Position numbers and translations under genes: made by a program. A stretch of 64,000 nt of DNA, taken from Candidatus Sericytochromatia bacterium (GTDB lineage: Bacteria; Cyanobacteriota; Sericytochromatia; S15B-MN24; VGJW01). Below are positions 57,227 to 64,000 of the stretch, in pieces (position 1 is the stretch's first letter; every line of letters begins with the position of its first letter). Below the pieces are notes generated by a model. That model was not told the origin of the DNA. It saw nothing but the letters and a program-made list of their open reading frames with translations, and did no database searches. Where the stretch lies: the NCBI GenBank assembly GCA_035285865.1, contig JAYKHS010000003.1, forward strand, positions 64,001 through 128,000. Reading direction: 5' to 3'.

Positions 57227-57858
57227 GCCCCTTGGCACGGACCATCCTGGCGAGCCTCGTGCCCGTTGCCGCCACGCTGGCTGCCATCCGCAGCCTGCCC
57301 GGCGTCCTCGTGTTGGCGCCGGCCGGCACCATGCTGTCCGTGCTGGCCGCGGCCATCGCCTGGCGGACGAGGCGGCCGAATATCGCTGCCTGGGCCACGG
57401 GCAAGGCCGCCGGGTTCCTCGCTGGCATCGGTCTGCTTGCCTCAGGTGCCGTGGTGCTGGCGACCCGAGGCGATTGGCGGCAGGGTGCCCTCGCAACCCT
57501 GGCCTGGGCGGCAGGCCTCGCCGCGGCGACGTGGCGGGGAGCCGTGGTCCGCGAAACACCCGGAAGACACTTGTTCCGCCTGATCCGGGAAAAGCGCCGC
57601 AGCCCGACTGGTTCGTGTCCGGTGCCGAATTGCCCGGAGCCGCCACTGTCCTGCGACAGGAACGGCTGTGCCCGCGTGCTGTGCGGCACGCACTGGATCA
57701 TGGCCGAGGCCAGATGCGCCGAGTGCGGGCACGACGGCCTTCTGGCCCGACCGAACGCGGGCCGCCGTCACCCCGCTTGGACGGCAGCCCCACTAATTCT
57801 GGCACTGGCCGGAGGCATCGCACTGTTGATGACGTCGTCGCTGCTCCGGGGAACATGA
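57223..57858 (+). CDS. Multi-TM protein with RING-like binuclear Zn finger (candidate E3 ligase)
   Basis: GTG start overlapping the E1 stop; four TMs, then CPVPNC-x6-CDRNGC-x4-CGTHW-x6-CAEC, then a C-terminal TM. Confidence 0.7.
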   Translation: MSPLARTILASLVPVAATLAAIRSLPGVLVLAPAGTMLSVLAAAIAWRTRRPNIAAWATGKAAGFLAGIGLLASGAVVLATRGDWRQGALATLAWAAGLAAATWRGAVVRETPGRHLFRLIREKRRSPTGSCPVPNCPEPPLSCDRNGCARVLCGTHWIMAEARCAECGHDGLLARPNAGRRHPAWTAAPLILALAGGIALLMTSSLLRGT

Positions 57859-57864
57859 AACGAC

Positions 57865-58137
57865 ATGCCGCAGTACGTGATCGAGATTCTGGACCAGGAC
57901 CTGAAGGACAGGGCCCGTGGTGCCAAGGCCTATGACGTCGCGACGGGCACCACGGTTGCCGCCCTGAAGGCGGCGCTCGTCGACCAGTGGGGCCTGCCCC
58001 GCCGGGACATGCGGGGAGAGGTCCGACCCTACATGATGGCGTGGAACGGCGAGTTGCTGGACGATGGCGACGTGCTCGACGTCCGGATTCCGGACGGGGC
58101 GACGCTCGCGATGGCCAGTCCGGGGACCGTGGCGTGA
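57865..58137 (+). CDS. Ubiquitin-like beta-grasp protein (YukD/EsaB-like)
   Basis: 90 aa; TTVAALKAAL helix and NGELLDDGDVL...IPDGATLAM match the ubiquitin GxxLxDxxxL...IxxGxTL pattern; ends SPGTVA. Confidence 0.8.
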   Translation: MPQYVIEILDQDLKDRARGAKAYDVATGTTVAALKAALVDQWGLPRRDMRGEVRPYMMAWNGELLDDGDVLDVRIPDGATLAMASPGTVA

Positions 58138-58766
58138 CGGCGTGGCTGGCCGAGCACCTGACGCGCCAGTGGGATGGCCTGCAAGCCCTGATCACGCGGC
58201 TCGGGGCGGCATCGCTGATCGAAGCCGAACCGACCGCCTGGCTGGACCCCGTGGGCCGCAAGGCACCCGTGCGCATCGACCTCGCCTTGCGAACGGTCGC
58301 CATCGTGGACATGGAGGTACGCGGTCGGTCTCTGGTCCGGGAGTTCGGCGGGGACGCCGAAGGCTTCGTTCGCGTCACGGATCCGGCCCCACTGGACTGG
58401 GAGCCGGTTTTCGCCGAACCGCTCGAGAACAGCTCCCACGGCCCTATCCGGGTCCGCCTCTTCCTTCCGGATGACCTGAACCGGCCCGCAAGCCCCGAGG
58501 TGTATTTCCTCGACCGGGTCTGGCATCCGAACATCCGATGGGACAACGGACTTGCCTGCTACGGTGACAAGCAGGCCTGGGCCCAGCCGGACCGATCGCT
58601 GGCCGATCTGGTCCGACGCCTGTTCCTGATGACGGCCTTTGCAGACGCCGGTGCGGTGAACATGGACGAGGCGCATGCCCTGAACAAGCAGGCCCTGCGC
58701 TGGTACCGCGACACGCTGGCGGAGATGCCCGAACTCTTCCCGCTGTCCCGCAGGATTCCCGCTTGA
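58134..58766 (+). CDS. E2/UBC ubiquitin-conjugating-like enzyme
   Basis: GTG start overlapping the Ubl stop; IRVRLFLP...PEVYFLDRVWHPNIRWDNGLAC (Cys codon at 58557), W...SLADLV and ALNKQA. Confidence 0.88.
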   Translation: MTAWLAEHLTRQWDGLQALITRLGAASLIEAEPTAWLDPVGRKAPVRIDLALRTVAIVDMEVRGRSLVREFGGDAEGFVRVTDPAPLDWEPVFAEPLENSSHGPIRVRLFLPDDLNRPASPEVYFLDRVWHPNIRWDNGLACYGDKQAWAQPDRSLADLVRRLFLMTAFADAGAVNMDEAHALNKQALRWYRDTLAEMPELFPLSRRIPA

Positions 58767-59413
58767 AGGCAGCACGCTGCTGGCCCGGTCTGCCTGACGG
58801 GGCCCCGCGGGTGCTGGTCGAGGAGGCGTTCCTCGAACGGTTGGCGCGCTTCGGAGAGCGCTCGGCAATGGCCGGCCGGGAGGCCGGAGCCTTTATCCTG
58901 GGCAAGGCCGAAAAGCTTCGTGATGGCTGGCAGATCGCCCTTGAAGAACTGCAGGAGATCGAAGGAGAGGCCGACGCCGAGTCCTTCACCTTTCCTGCCG
59001 AGGCGTTCCTGAAGGCCCACCAGAGATGGCGAACCTGGTCCGTGGACGAGATCGCGGCCCGTCCCGGCACGACGTGCGTCGTCGGCTGGTGCCACACCCA
59101 TCCCGGACACGGCGTGTTCCTGTCGCCGCCGGATCTCGAGGTGCAGCATCGCAAGTTTCCCTTGCCCTTCCAGATTGCTCTGGTGGTCGATCCCCTTGCC
59201 GAATCAGCCGACCGGCGGATGGGCCTGGTGGCGTGGGTGAGAGAGGGCACGCTCTCGCCCCACCTGCCGGACGGCATCGCGTACTTCCCCACCGCCGCTC
59301 CCAGGCAAGCCGATCAGAAACGGCCCTTTGCGGTCGCCGGACAGCACTGGAACTGGGGCATCCTGCCCCTGCTGGCGGCCGCAGGCTGGTGGCTCTGGCA
59401 CCATGGCTTCTGA
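58763..59413 (+). CDS. JAB/MPN+ (JAMM) metallo-isopeptidase with C-terminal TM anchor
   Basis: TTG start overlapping the E2 stop; REAGAFILG, VVGWCHTHPGHGVFLSPPD and ALVVDP; ends WGILPLLAAAGWWLWHHGF. Confidence 0.92.
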   Translation: MKAARCWPGLPDGAPRVLVEEAFLERLARFGERSAMAGREAGAFILGKAEKLRDGWQIALEELQEIEGEADAESFTFPAEAFLKAHQRWRTWSVDEIAARPGTTCVVGWCHTHPGHGVFLSPPDLEVQHRKFPLPFQIALVVDPLAESADRRMGLVAWVREGTLSPHLPDGIAYFPTAAPRQADQKRPFAVAGQHWNWGILPLLAAAGWWLWHHGF

Positions 59414-59428
59414 CTCGGAGGCAGAAAC

Positions 59429-59734
59429 GTGAACGGCGAGCCAGAAGGGCCCATCATCCGCTCCATACGGGACCTGGCCTCAGGGAAGTGGGTCAAGCCC
59501 CCGAGTCCCGAAGGCCCGGTGCCCGGACCTGCATCGGCAGCGACCGGACGCCCGGACCTCGAGGAACGCTTGCTGCACGCGGAGCGTCTGGTCGCCGATT
59601 ATCAAGAGGCGCTTGTCTCGGCTCATGAACAAGTGCGTGCCCTGCAGGACCAGGTCGCCCTCCTCGAGGATCGGATCCGTACCTTGAATCTCGAACAGGG
59701 CATCCGGCCCGGTGGCGAACGGGAGGCCCTGTGA
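59429..59734 (+). CDS. Small coiled-coil protein
   Basis: GGAGG RBS then GTG; heptad-rich LEERLLHAERLVADYQEAL...LQDQVALLEDRI. Confidence 0.7.
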   Translation: MNGEPEGPIIRSIRDLASGKWVKPPSPEGPVPGPASAATGRPDLEERLLHAERLVADYQEALVSAHEQVRALQDQVALLEDRIRTLNLEQGIRPGGEREAL

Positions 59735-60654
59735 GCGCGGAAGGCGATCTCGTCATCAATGCCCTGGTCGTTCCGGTCGGCGTGACAGGGCTTGCCGTCG
59801 GCACGGCCGCCCTCAAGGGCGGGGCATTGCTGGCTGCGACGGCCTGTGATGCAGCAGCGATCGCGGGACACGGTCTTTGGCAGGCTACCGACACAGCCGG
59901 TCGGCTCGGGGCCTGGGCCGTTCGAACGGGGGCCGAATGGGTCCAGAGCATGCAGGATGCGTGGCAAGCCGAGGTGGCGCGCCAGGAGAAGGCCCACGAA
60001 GCTCGATTCGCAGACCGGGATGCCCTTCGCACGCAGGCGATCCGGACCATGGCGCATCTGGCCCAGATCGAGCGTGCCAGGCAAGTTGCTGGATCTACGG
60101 GCGTCGCGGCCGATGCCGAACTGGCGGCGTGGGCCACGGCCGGTCGCCACTGCCTGGGCCTGCTGGAGCAGAACACGACCGCCGCCCTTCCGGCCGTCTC
60201 GCAGTGGCTCGAACAGATGGAGCAGGTTCGTCGTGAAGGCCTGCGCACCCTGGAGAGCATCCAGCAGACCCATGTCGGTGATCTGCTTGTCGAAGCCCTC
60301 GAGGCCTCGGGCTACACCGTCGTGCGAGACGAGCCCTTCGGCACGGACAGACGACTCTCGGCGATGCGCCCAGAGCCGCCTCGGAGGGTGGTCTGGCGCT
60401 TGTCGCCCGGTGGACGGCTCGCCTTCGACGTGACGGATGGCTACGCCGGACAGGACTGCCACGATCTGCTTGCCGACGTACTCGACCACATGCGGCGGCG
60501 CGGCGTGCGCTTCACGCTCGGCCCCGAACTGGATGCGGTCGACCGCATCCTCAGAAGGGTCGGAACGGCCTTCGAGGCCTCGGGGGGGCGATTCCGCACA
60601 GAGCACCTGGGTGTAGGTCCCGATCACGAAGAGCCCGGACGACAGCGGGAGTAA
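59731..60654 (+). CDS. Hypothetical protein: hydrophobic N-terminus, coiled coil and DUF2997-like C-terminal motif
   Basis: GTGA overlap with the upstream gene; Gly/Ala-rich N-terminus; helical middle; EALEASGYTV and FDVTDGYAGQDCHD. Confidence 0.65.
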   Translation: MSAEGDLVINALVVPVGVTGLAVGTAALKGGALLAATACDAAAIAGHGLWQATDTAGRLGAWAVRTGAEWVQSMQDAWQAEVARQEKAHEARFADRDALRTQAIRTMAHLAQIERARQVAGSTGVAADAELAAWATAGRHCLGLLEQNTTAALPAVSQWLEQMEQVRREGLRTLESIQQTHVGDLLVEALEASGYTVVRDEPFGTDRRLSAMRPEPPRRVVWRLSPGGRLAFDVTDGYAGQDCHDLLADVLDHMRRRGVRFTLGPELDAVDRILRRVGTAFEASGGRFRTEHLGVGPDHEEPGRQRE

Positions 60655-60751
60655 CGGCCGACCCCACCGAAAGTCTTTCCGAAAGCCACGCTTCGCTTCA
60701 TCATGCCAAGCACCCCGCTACGTTCCTGCACAACCCTGGAGGAGTGCCGAC

Positions 60752-61591
60752 ATGAGCCAGCGCCAAGCGTCAGGTCCGGTCTTCCTCCGGGACAGGGGCG
60801 ACCGGGTGCTGGCCGTGGTCCTGCTGGCCATCGTGGGTCTGTTTGTCCTGCTGGTGATATGGGGCATCCCCCAGGTCGGTCATCAGGTCACGAAGTGGGT
60901 GCCACCGGCGTGGGAACGAAAGCTGGGCGACTCGGCCCTGAAGTCCGTCGTGGTCGGCAAAGCCGAAACCGGTGGGGTCCGGGTCGGGATGGTGGAGGCG
61001 ATCGTCAAACGCCTCACACCCGATGAAGCGACCTGGTCATTCCGTGTCACGCTTGCCCCGGGTGACACCCGAGTCAATGCGATGGCCCTGCCAGGCGGAG
61101 CCATCGTCGTCACCCAGGGACTGCTCGAGCGATGCTCCACTCCGGAGGAATTGGCCGGAGTCCTCGCACACGAGATCGTCCACGTCCAGCGCCGTCACGG
61201 CCTGCAACGGATGGGGCAAGAACTGGGCATCCAGTTGCTGCTGCTCGTGCTGACCGGCGGCGATCCCTCGGACCTTTGGTCTGGTGCCGCAGGTCTCGCC
61301 GGCCTGCACCACAGCCGACAGGCCGAGGACGAGGCCGACAAGGAAGGGCTGGCTCTGATGCTTAAGGCCCGTATCGATCCACAAGGCATGGTGCGGTCGT
61401 TCCGGATGCTCCAGAAGCTTTCGGCGGAGTCTGAAGCCACCGCTTTGCCTGCATTCCTGAGCGATCATCCGGCCGTCGCCGACCGGCTCGCCCGCATCGA
61501 GGCCGAGGCCGCCCGGCATGCCGGTCCGTGGGAACCGATCACCCTGGATCGGCCTTGGCTCAACGTCAGGTTCCCGGCAAGCCGCCGCTGA
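60752..61591 (+). CDS. M48 family Zn metallopeptidase, membrane anchored
   Basis: N-terminal TM; NAMALPGG, ELAGVLAHEIVH, SRQAEDEAD and FLSDHP. Confidence 0.93.
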   Translation: MSQRQASGPVFLRDRGDRVLAVVLLAIVGLFVLLVIWGIPQVGHQVTKWVPPAWERKLGDSALKSVVVGKAETGGVRVGMVEAIVKRLTPDEATWSFRVTLAPGDTRVNAMALPGGAIVVTQGLLERCSTPEELAGVLAHEIVHVQRRHGLQRMGQELGIQLLLLVLTGGDPSDLWSGAAGLAGLHHSRQAEDEADKEGLALMLKARIDPQGMVRSFRMLQKLSAESEATALPAFLSDHPAVADRLARIEAEAARHAGPWEPITLDRPWLNVRFPASRR

Positions 61592-61597
61592 GGACCT

Positions 61598-62686
61598 TCA
61601 GTGCAGGCGAGGACGCCCCCGGGGGGCTTCGCCGCGACTGCGGGACGCGAAGGCCAACTGGCTTTCCCCGAGCAGCACCGCTGCGTGCGCCCCGGTGATC
61701 CGCCCCTCGTTCAGAGCACGAAGGATGGCGCCCTCGAAGGCGCTTGGCGGCGGCCCCTCGCGCAGTGGTTCCCGCTCCATCCATCCGCGGGCATGCATGT
61801 CGGCCGCCAGTTCGGAGGCGTGCTGGGCCTCGAGCAGGCCCAGTTCGCGAAGACGGTCCAACCATCCGCCCATGGACAGACCGTGGGCCGCCTTGAGGAG
61901 CAGCAGCTCGCGGAGGTCCATGCGCGTCACACCGCGTCCGGGCTCGCGCTCGGCCACCAGGCGCGGCACCAGCAGGGCGCGGGCGAAACGGCGAATCCAG
62001 CGCGGCTCCTGGTCTGCCTGGCCGGCCAGATGCCAGCCGAGGACCTCGGCCGCCCCCTCCTGATCGAACGCCGGGTCCGACTCCGTGGGCAGGACGGCAA
62101 CGGGCCAGGCTCCGACGTGTACGGGGCGTCGCCCAAGCGGAGCGACCATCGCAACAGGAGCGTGCACGACGACCCACCCCCGGCGCTCCATCTCGGCACC
62201 CAGATGTCGCCAGGGCTGCAGGCCCTGCCCCCAAAGAACCCTGAGGCGATCGGCCCGCTGTTCGGCTTCCTCGGCTGAGCGAATCGGGCCGAGCAGGCCG
62301 GCATCGAGGTGCGCCGGCTCCTCATGCCATGTCCCGAGTGTCCGAACACCCTCCGCGCGGTCGACGCCATCGAGTATCCGGGTGGTCAACCGCGCCGCCG
62401 TCCGTCCTGCCAGCACCACCCCGACGGGCCAGACCGGAGCCCTCAGCGCTTCGTGCGTAGGGCGGCCCAGGTCTTCGGGTGTCACGCCCATCTCGCGCGC
62501 CAAGGCGAGAAGCGTGCGCCCCGAAGGCTGCGCACGGCCGTGCTCGTACTGCAGGAGCGACGTGTGGCTCAGACCGATGCGGCCAGCCAGCTCACGCAAG
62601 GTCAGCCCCGCCCTGACCCGTACCTTGCGGAGGTGTCGCCCCTGCCGCAGAAGTGTGTCCTCGCCCCAAGCCATGGCCATGCCCAT
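61598..62686 (-). CDS. XRE HTH regulator fused to a degenerate ImmA/IrrE-like peptidase domain
   Basis: LRKVRVRAGLTLRELA...YEHGRAQP; AEQRADRLRVLWGQG; AAEVLGWHL at the HELGH position; RFARALLVP; GGAGG before ATG 62686. Confidence 0.78.
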   Translation of the reverse strand: MGMAMAWGEDTLLRQGRHLRKVRVRAGLTLRELAGRIGLSHTSLLQYEHGRAQPSGRTLLALAREMGVTPEDLGRPTHEALRAPVWPVGVVLAGRTAARLTTRILDGVDRAEGVRTLGTWHEEPAHLDAGLLGPIRSAEEAEQRADRLRVLWGQGLQPWRHLGAEMERRGWVVVHAPVAMVAPLGRRPVHVGAWPVAVLPTESDPAFDQEGAAEVLGWHLAGQADQEPRWIRRFARALLVPRLVAEREPGRGVTRMDLRELLLLKAAHGLSMGGWLDRLRELGLLEAQHASELAADMHARGWMEREPLREGPPPSAFEGAILRALNEGRITGAHAAVLLGESQLAFASRSRGEAPRGRPRLH

Positions 62687-62789
62687 CTCGCGAACCTCCC
62701 TGAGCGAATCGACCCGAACCCGATGCCATACCAGCATCAAGTTGGCAGCGATCCCAGCAGGACGATCCGTTGAAGGTGTCAGGAACGTG

Positions 62790-63989
62790 TCAGGCCGGCG
62801 TGACGGCCGACAGGATGCCCAACTCGCGGCCGACCCTGCCGAAGGCATCGAGGGCCCTGCCGAGGTCCTCGCGGGTATGTCCTGCCGTCACGATGGCGCG
62901 CACGCGCTCCGCACCGCGGGGCACGGTCGGGAAACCGATGCCGACGCAGAAGACACCTTCCTCGAAGAGCCGATCGGACAGGCGCATGGCCAAGCGCGTG
63001 TCGCCCGTGATGACGGGGGTGATGGGCGTGGTCGAGACACCGATGTCGAAGCCCATGCGCCCGAGGCCTTCCTTGAAGAAGCGCGTGTTGTCCCAGAGGC
63101 GAGCAAGAAGCGTCTCGTCCTCCTCGAGCATCCTGAAGGCCTCGCGCACGGCCGAAGTGACCGCCGGGGGATGGGAGGTACTGAACAGGAAGGGGCGCCC
63201 CCGCTGATGCAGCATCTCGATGAGAACTCGCGGGCCCGCAACGTAGCCGCCGAGCACGCCGATGGCCTTGGATAGGGTACCCACCTGAATGTGCACCCTG
63301 CCATGCAGGCCGAAATGGTCCACGGTACCGCGGCCCTGATGCCCGAGGACGCCGGAGGCGTGGGCATCGTCGACCATGATGATGGCCCCGTGCTCTTCGG
63401 CCGCATCGACGATATCGGGCAAGGGGGCGACGTCGCCGTCCATCGAGAATACACCGTCCGTCACGACGAGGGTGCGGCGATACTGGCCGCGAACCTCCTC
63501 GAGGACCCGACGCAGGTCCGCCACGTCGGCGTGCTTGTAGACCTTGATGGTGGCCCGGGACAGGCGACAGCCGTCGATGATGCTCGCGTGGTTGAGGGCG
63601 TCCGAGACGATCACGTCTTCCTTGCCGAGGACGGACCCGACCGTGCCGGCATTGGCCGTGAAACCGCTCTGGAAGACGACGGCCGCCTCGGTGTGCTTGA
63701 ACCGGGCCAGGTACTGCTCGAGCTCGACGTGCGCGGCCATCGTGCCGGCGATGGTCCGGACCGAAGCCGAACCCGCCCCGCAGGTCCGAACGGCCTCGAT
63801 AGCCGCCTCGCGCAGACGCGGATGGTTGGCCAGCGCCAGATAGTTATTGCTGGAGAGGTTGACAACCTCGCGGCCGTCCACGCGGCAGACGGGCTCCTGG
63901 GCGCCATCAAGCACACGGGCCATCCGGAAGGCCCCCTGGGCCATCAACTCGGCCCGCTCGTCCTCGAGGAACTGCAAGGGATGGGTCAC
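62790..63989 (-). CDS. kbl: Glycine C-acetyltransferase / 8-amino-7-oxononanoate synthase family PLP enzyme
   Basis: SSNNYL, SVRTIAGT, LNHASIIDG, DGVFSMDGD, DDAHASG and GTLSKA; substrate specificity versus BioF not resolved. Confidence 0.85.
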   Translation of the reverse strand: MTHPLQFLEDERAELMAQGAFRMARVLDGAQEPVCRVDGREVVNLSSNNYLALANHPRLREAAIEAVRTCGAGSASVRTIAGTMAAHVELEQYLARFKHTEAAVVFQSGFTANAGTVGSVLGKEDVIVSDALNHASIIDGCRLSRATIKVYKHADVADLRRVLEEVRGQYRRTLVVTDGVFSMDGDVAPLPDIVDAAEEHGAIIMVDDAHASGVLGHQGRGTVDHFGLHGRVHIQVGTLSKAIGVLGGYVAGPRVLIEMLHQRGRPFLFSTSHPPAVTSAVREAFRMLEEDETLLARLWDNTRFFKEGLGRMGFDIGVSTTPITPVITGDTRLAMRLSDRLFEEGVFCVGIGFPTVPRGAERVRAIVTAGHTREDLGRALDAFGRVGRELGILSAVTPA

Positions 63990-64000
63990 GTCAGGCCTCC

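Noticed and set aside
56069..58137. ThiF/MoeB plus ThiS/MoaD cofactor biosynthesis reading of E1 and Ubl
   Set aside because: No thi, moa or cys genes nearby, no GG terminus, and an E2, JAB and RING-like protein are coupled to them.
59411..59431. Stop-codon readthrough fusing JAB to the next in-frame ORF
   Set aside because: The frames match, but the downstream ORF has its own GGAGG RBS 7 nt before GTG, so two genes is simpler.

Overview
High-GC (about 70% by eye) bacterial chromosomal segment with about 55 densely packed genes and no rRNA, tRNA, CRISPR array or transposase that I can recognise. The ClpC N-terminus is of the cyanobacterial/plastid type and there are no photosystem genes here, so I infer a non-photosynthetic relative of Cyanobacteria (Sericytochromatia-like); this is not established. 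Housekeeping genes (glmS, hemB, rsmI, polA, hspR-clpC, glnS, ppc, kbl-like, 2-oxoacid dehydrogenase E1 alpha/beta, dps, sodC) are interspersed with many secreted or lipoprotein genes. The standout is a translationally coupled operon at 52036-60654, possibly extending to 61591, that looks like a complete membrane-associated eukaryote-like ubiquitination system. It encodes a Cdc48/Vps4-class AAA+ ATPase, a multi-TM FHA+vWA protein, an E1, a membrane protein with an 8-ligand RING-like Zn finger (candidate E3), a ubiquitin-like protein ending in Ala, a UBC-type E2 (HPN...C), a membrane-anchored JAB peptidase and two coiled-coil proteins, followed by an M48 protease. Other notable items are a catalytically divergent chlorophyll-synthase (ChlG)-like gene, a radical SAM/SPASM mini-operon, several apparent pseudo-enzymes and recurring 11-bp-spaced TTAA boxes in AT-rich promoters. 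All calls come from reading motifs by eye; no searches were run.
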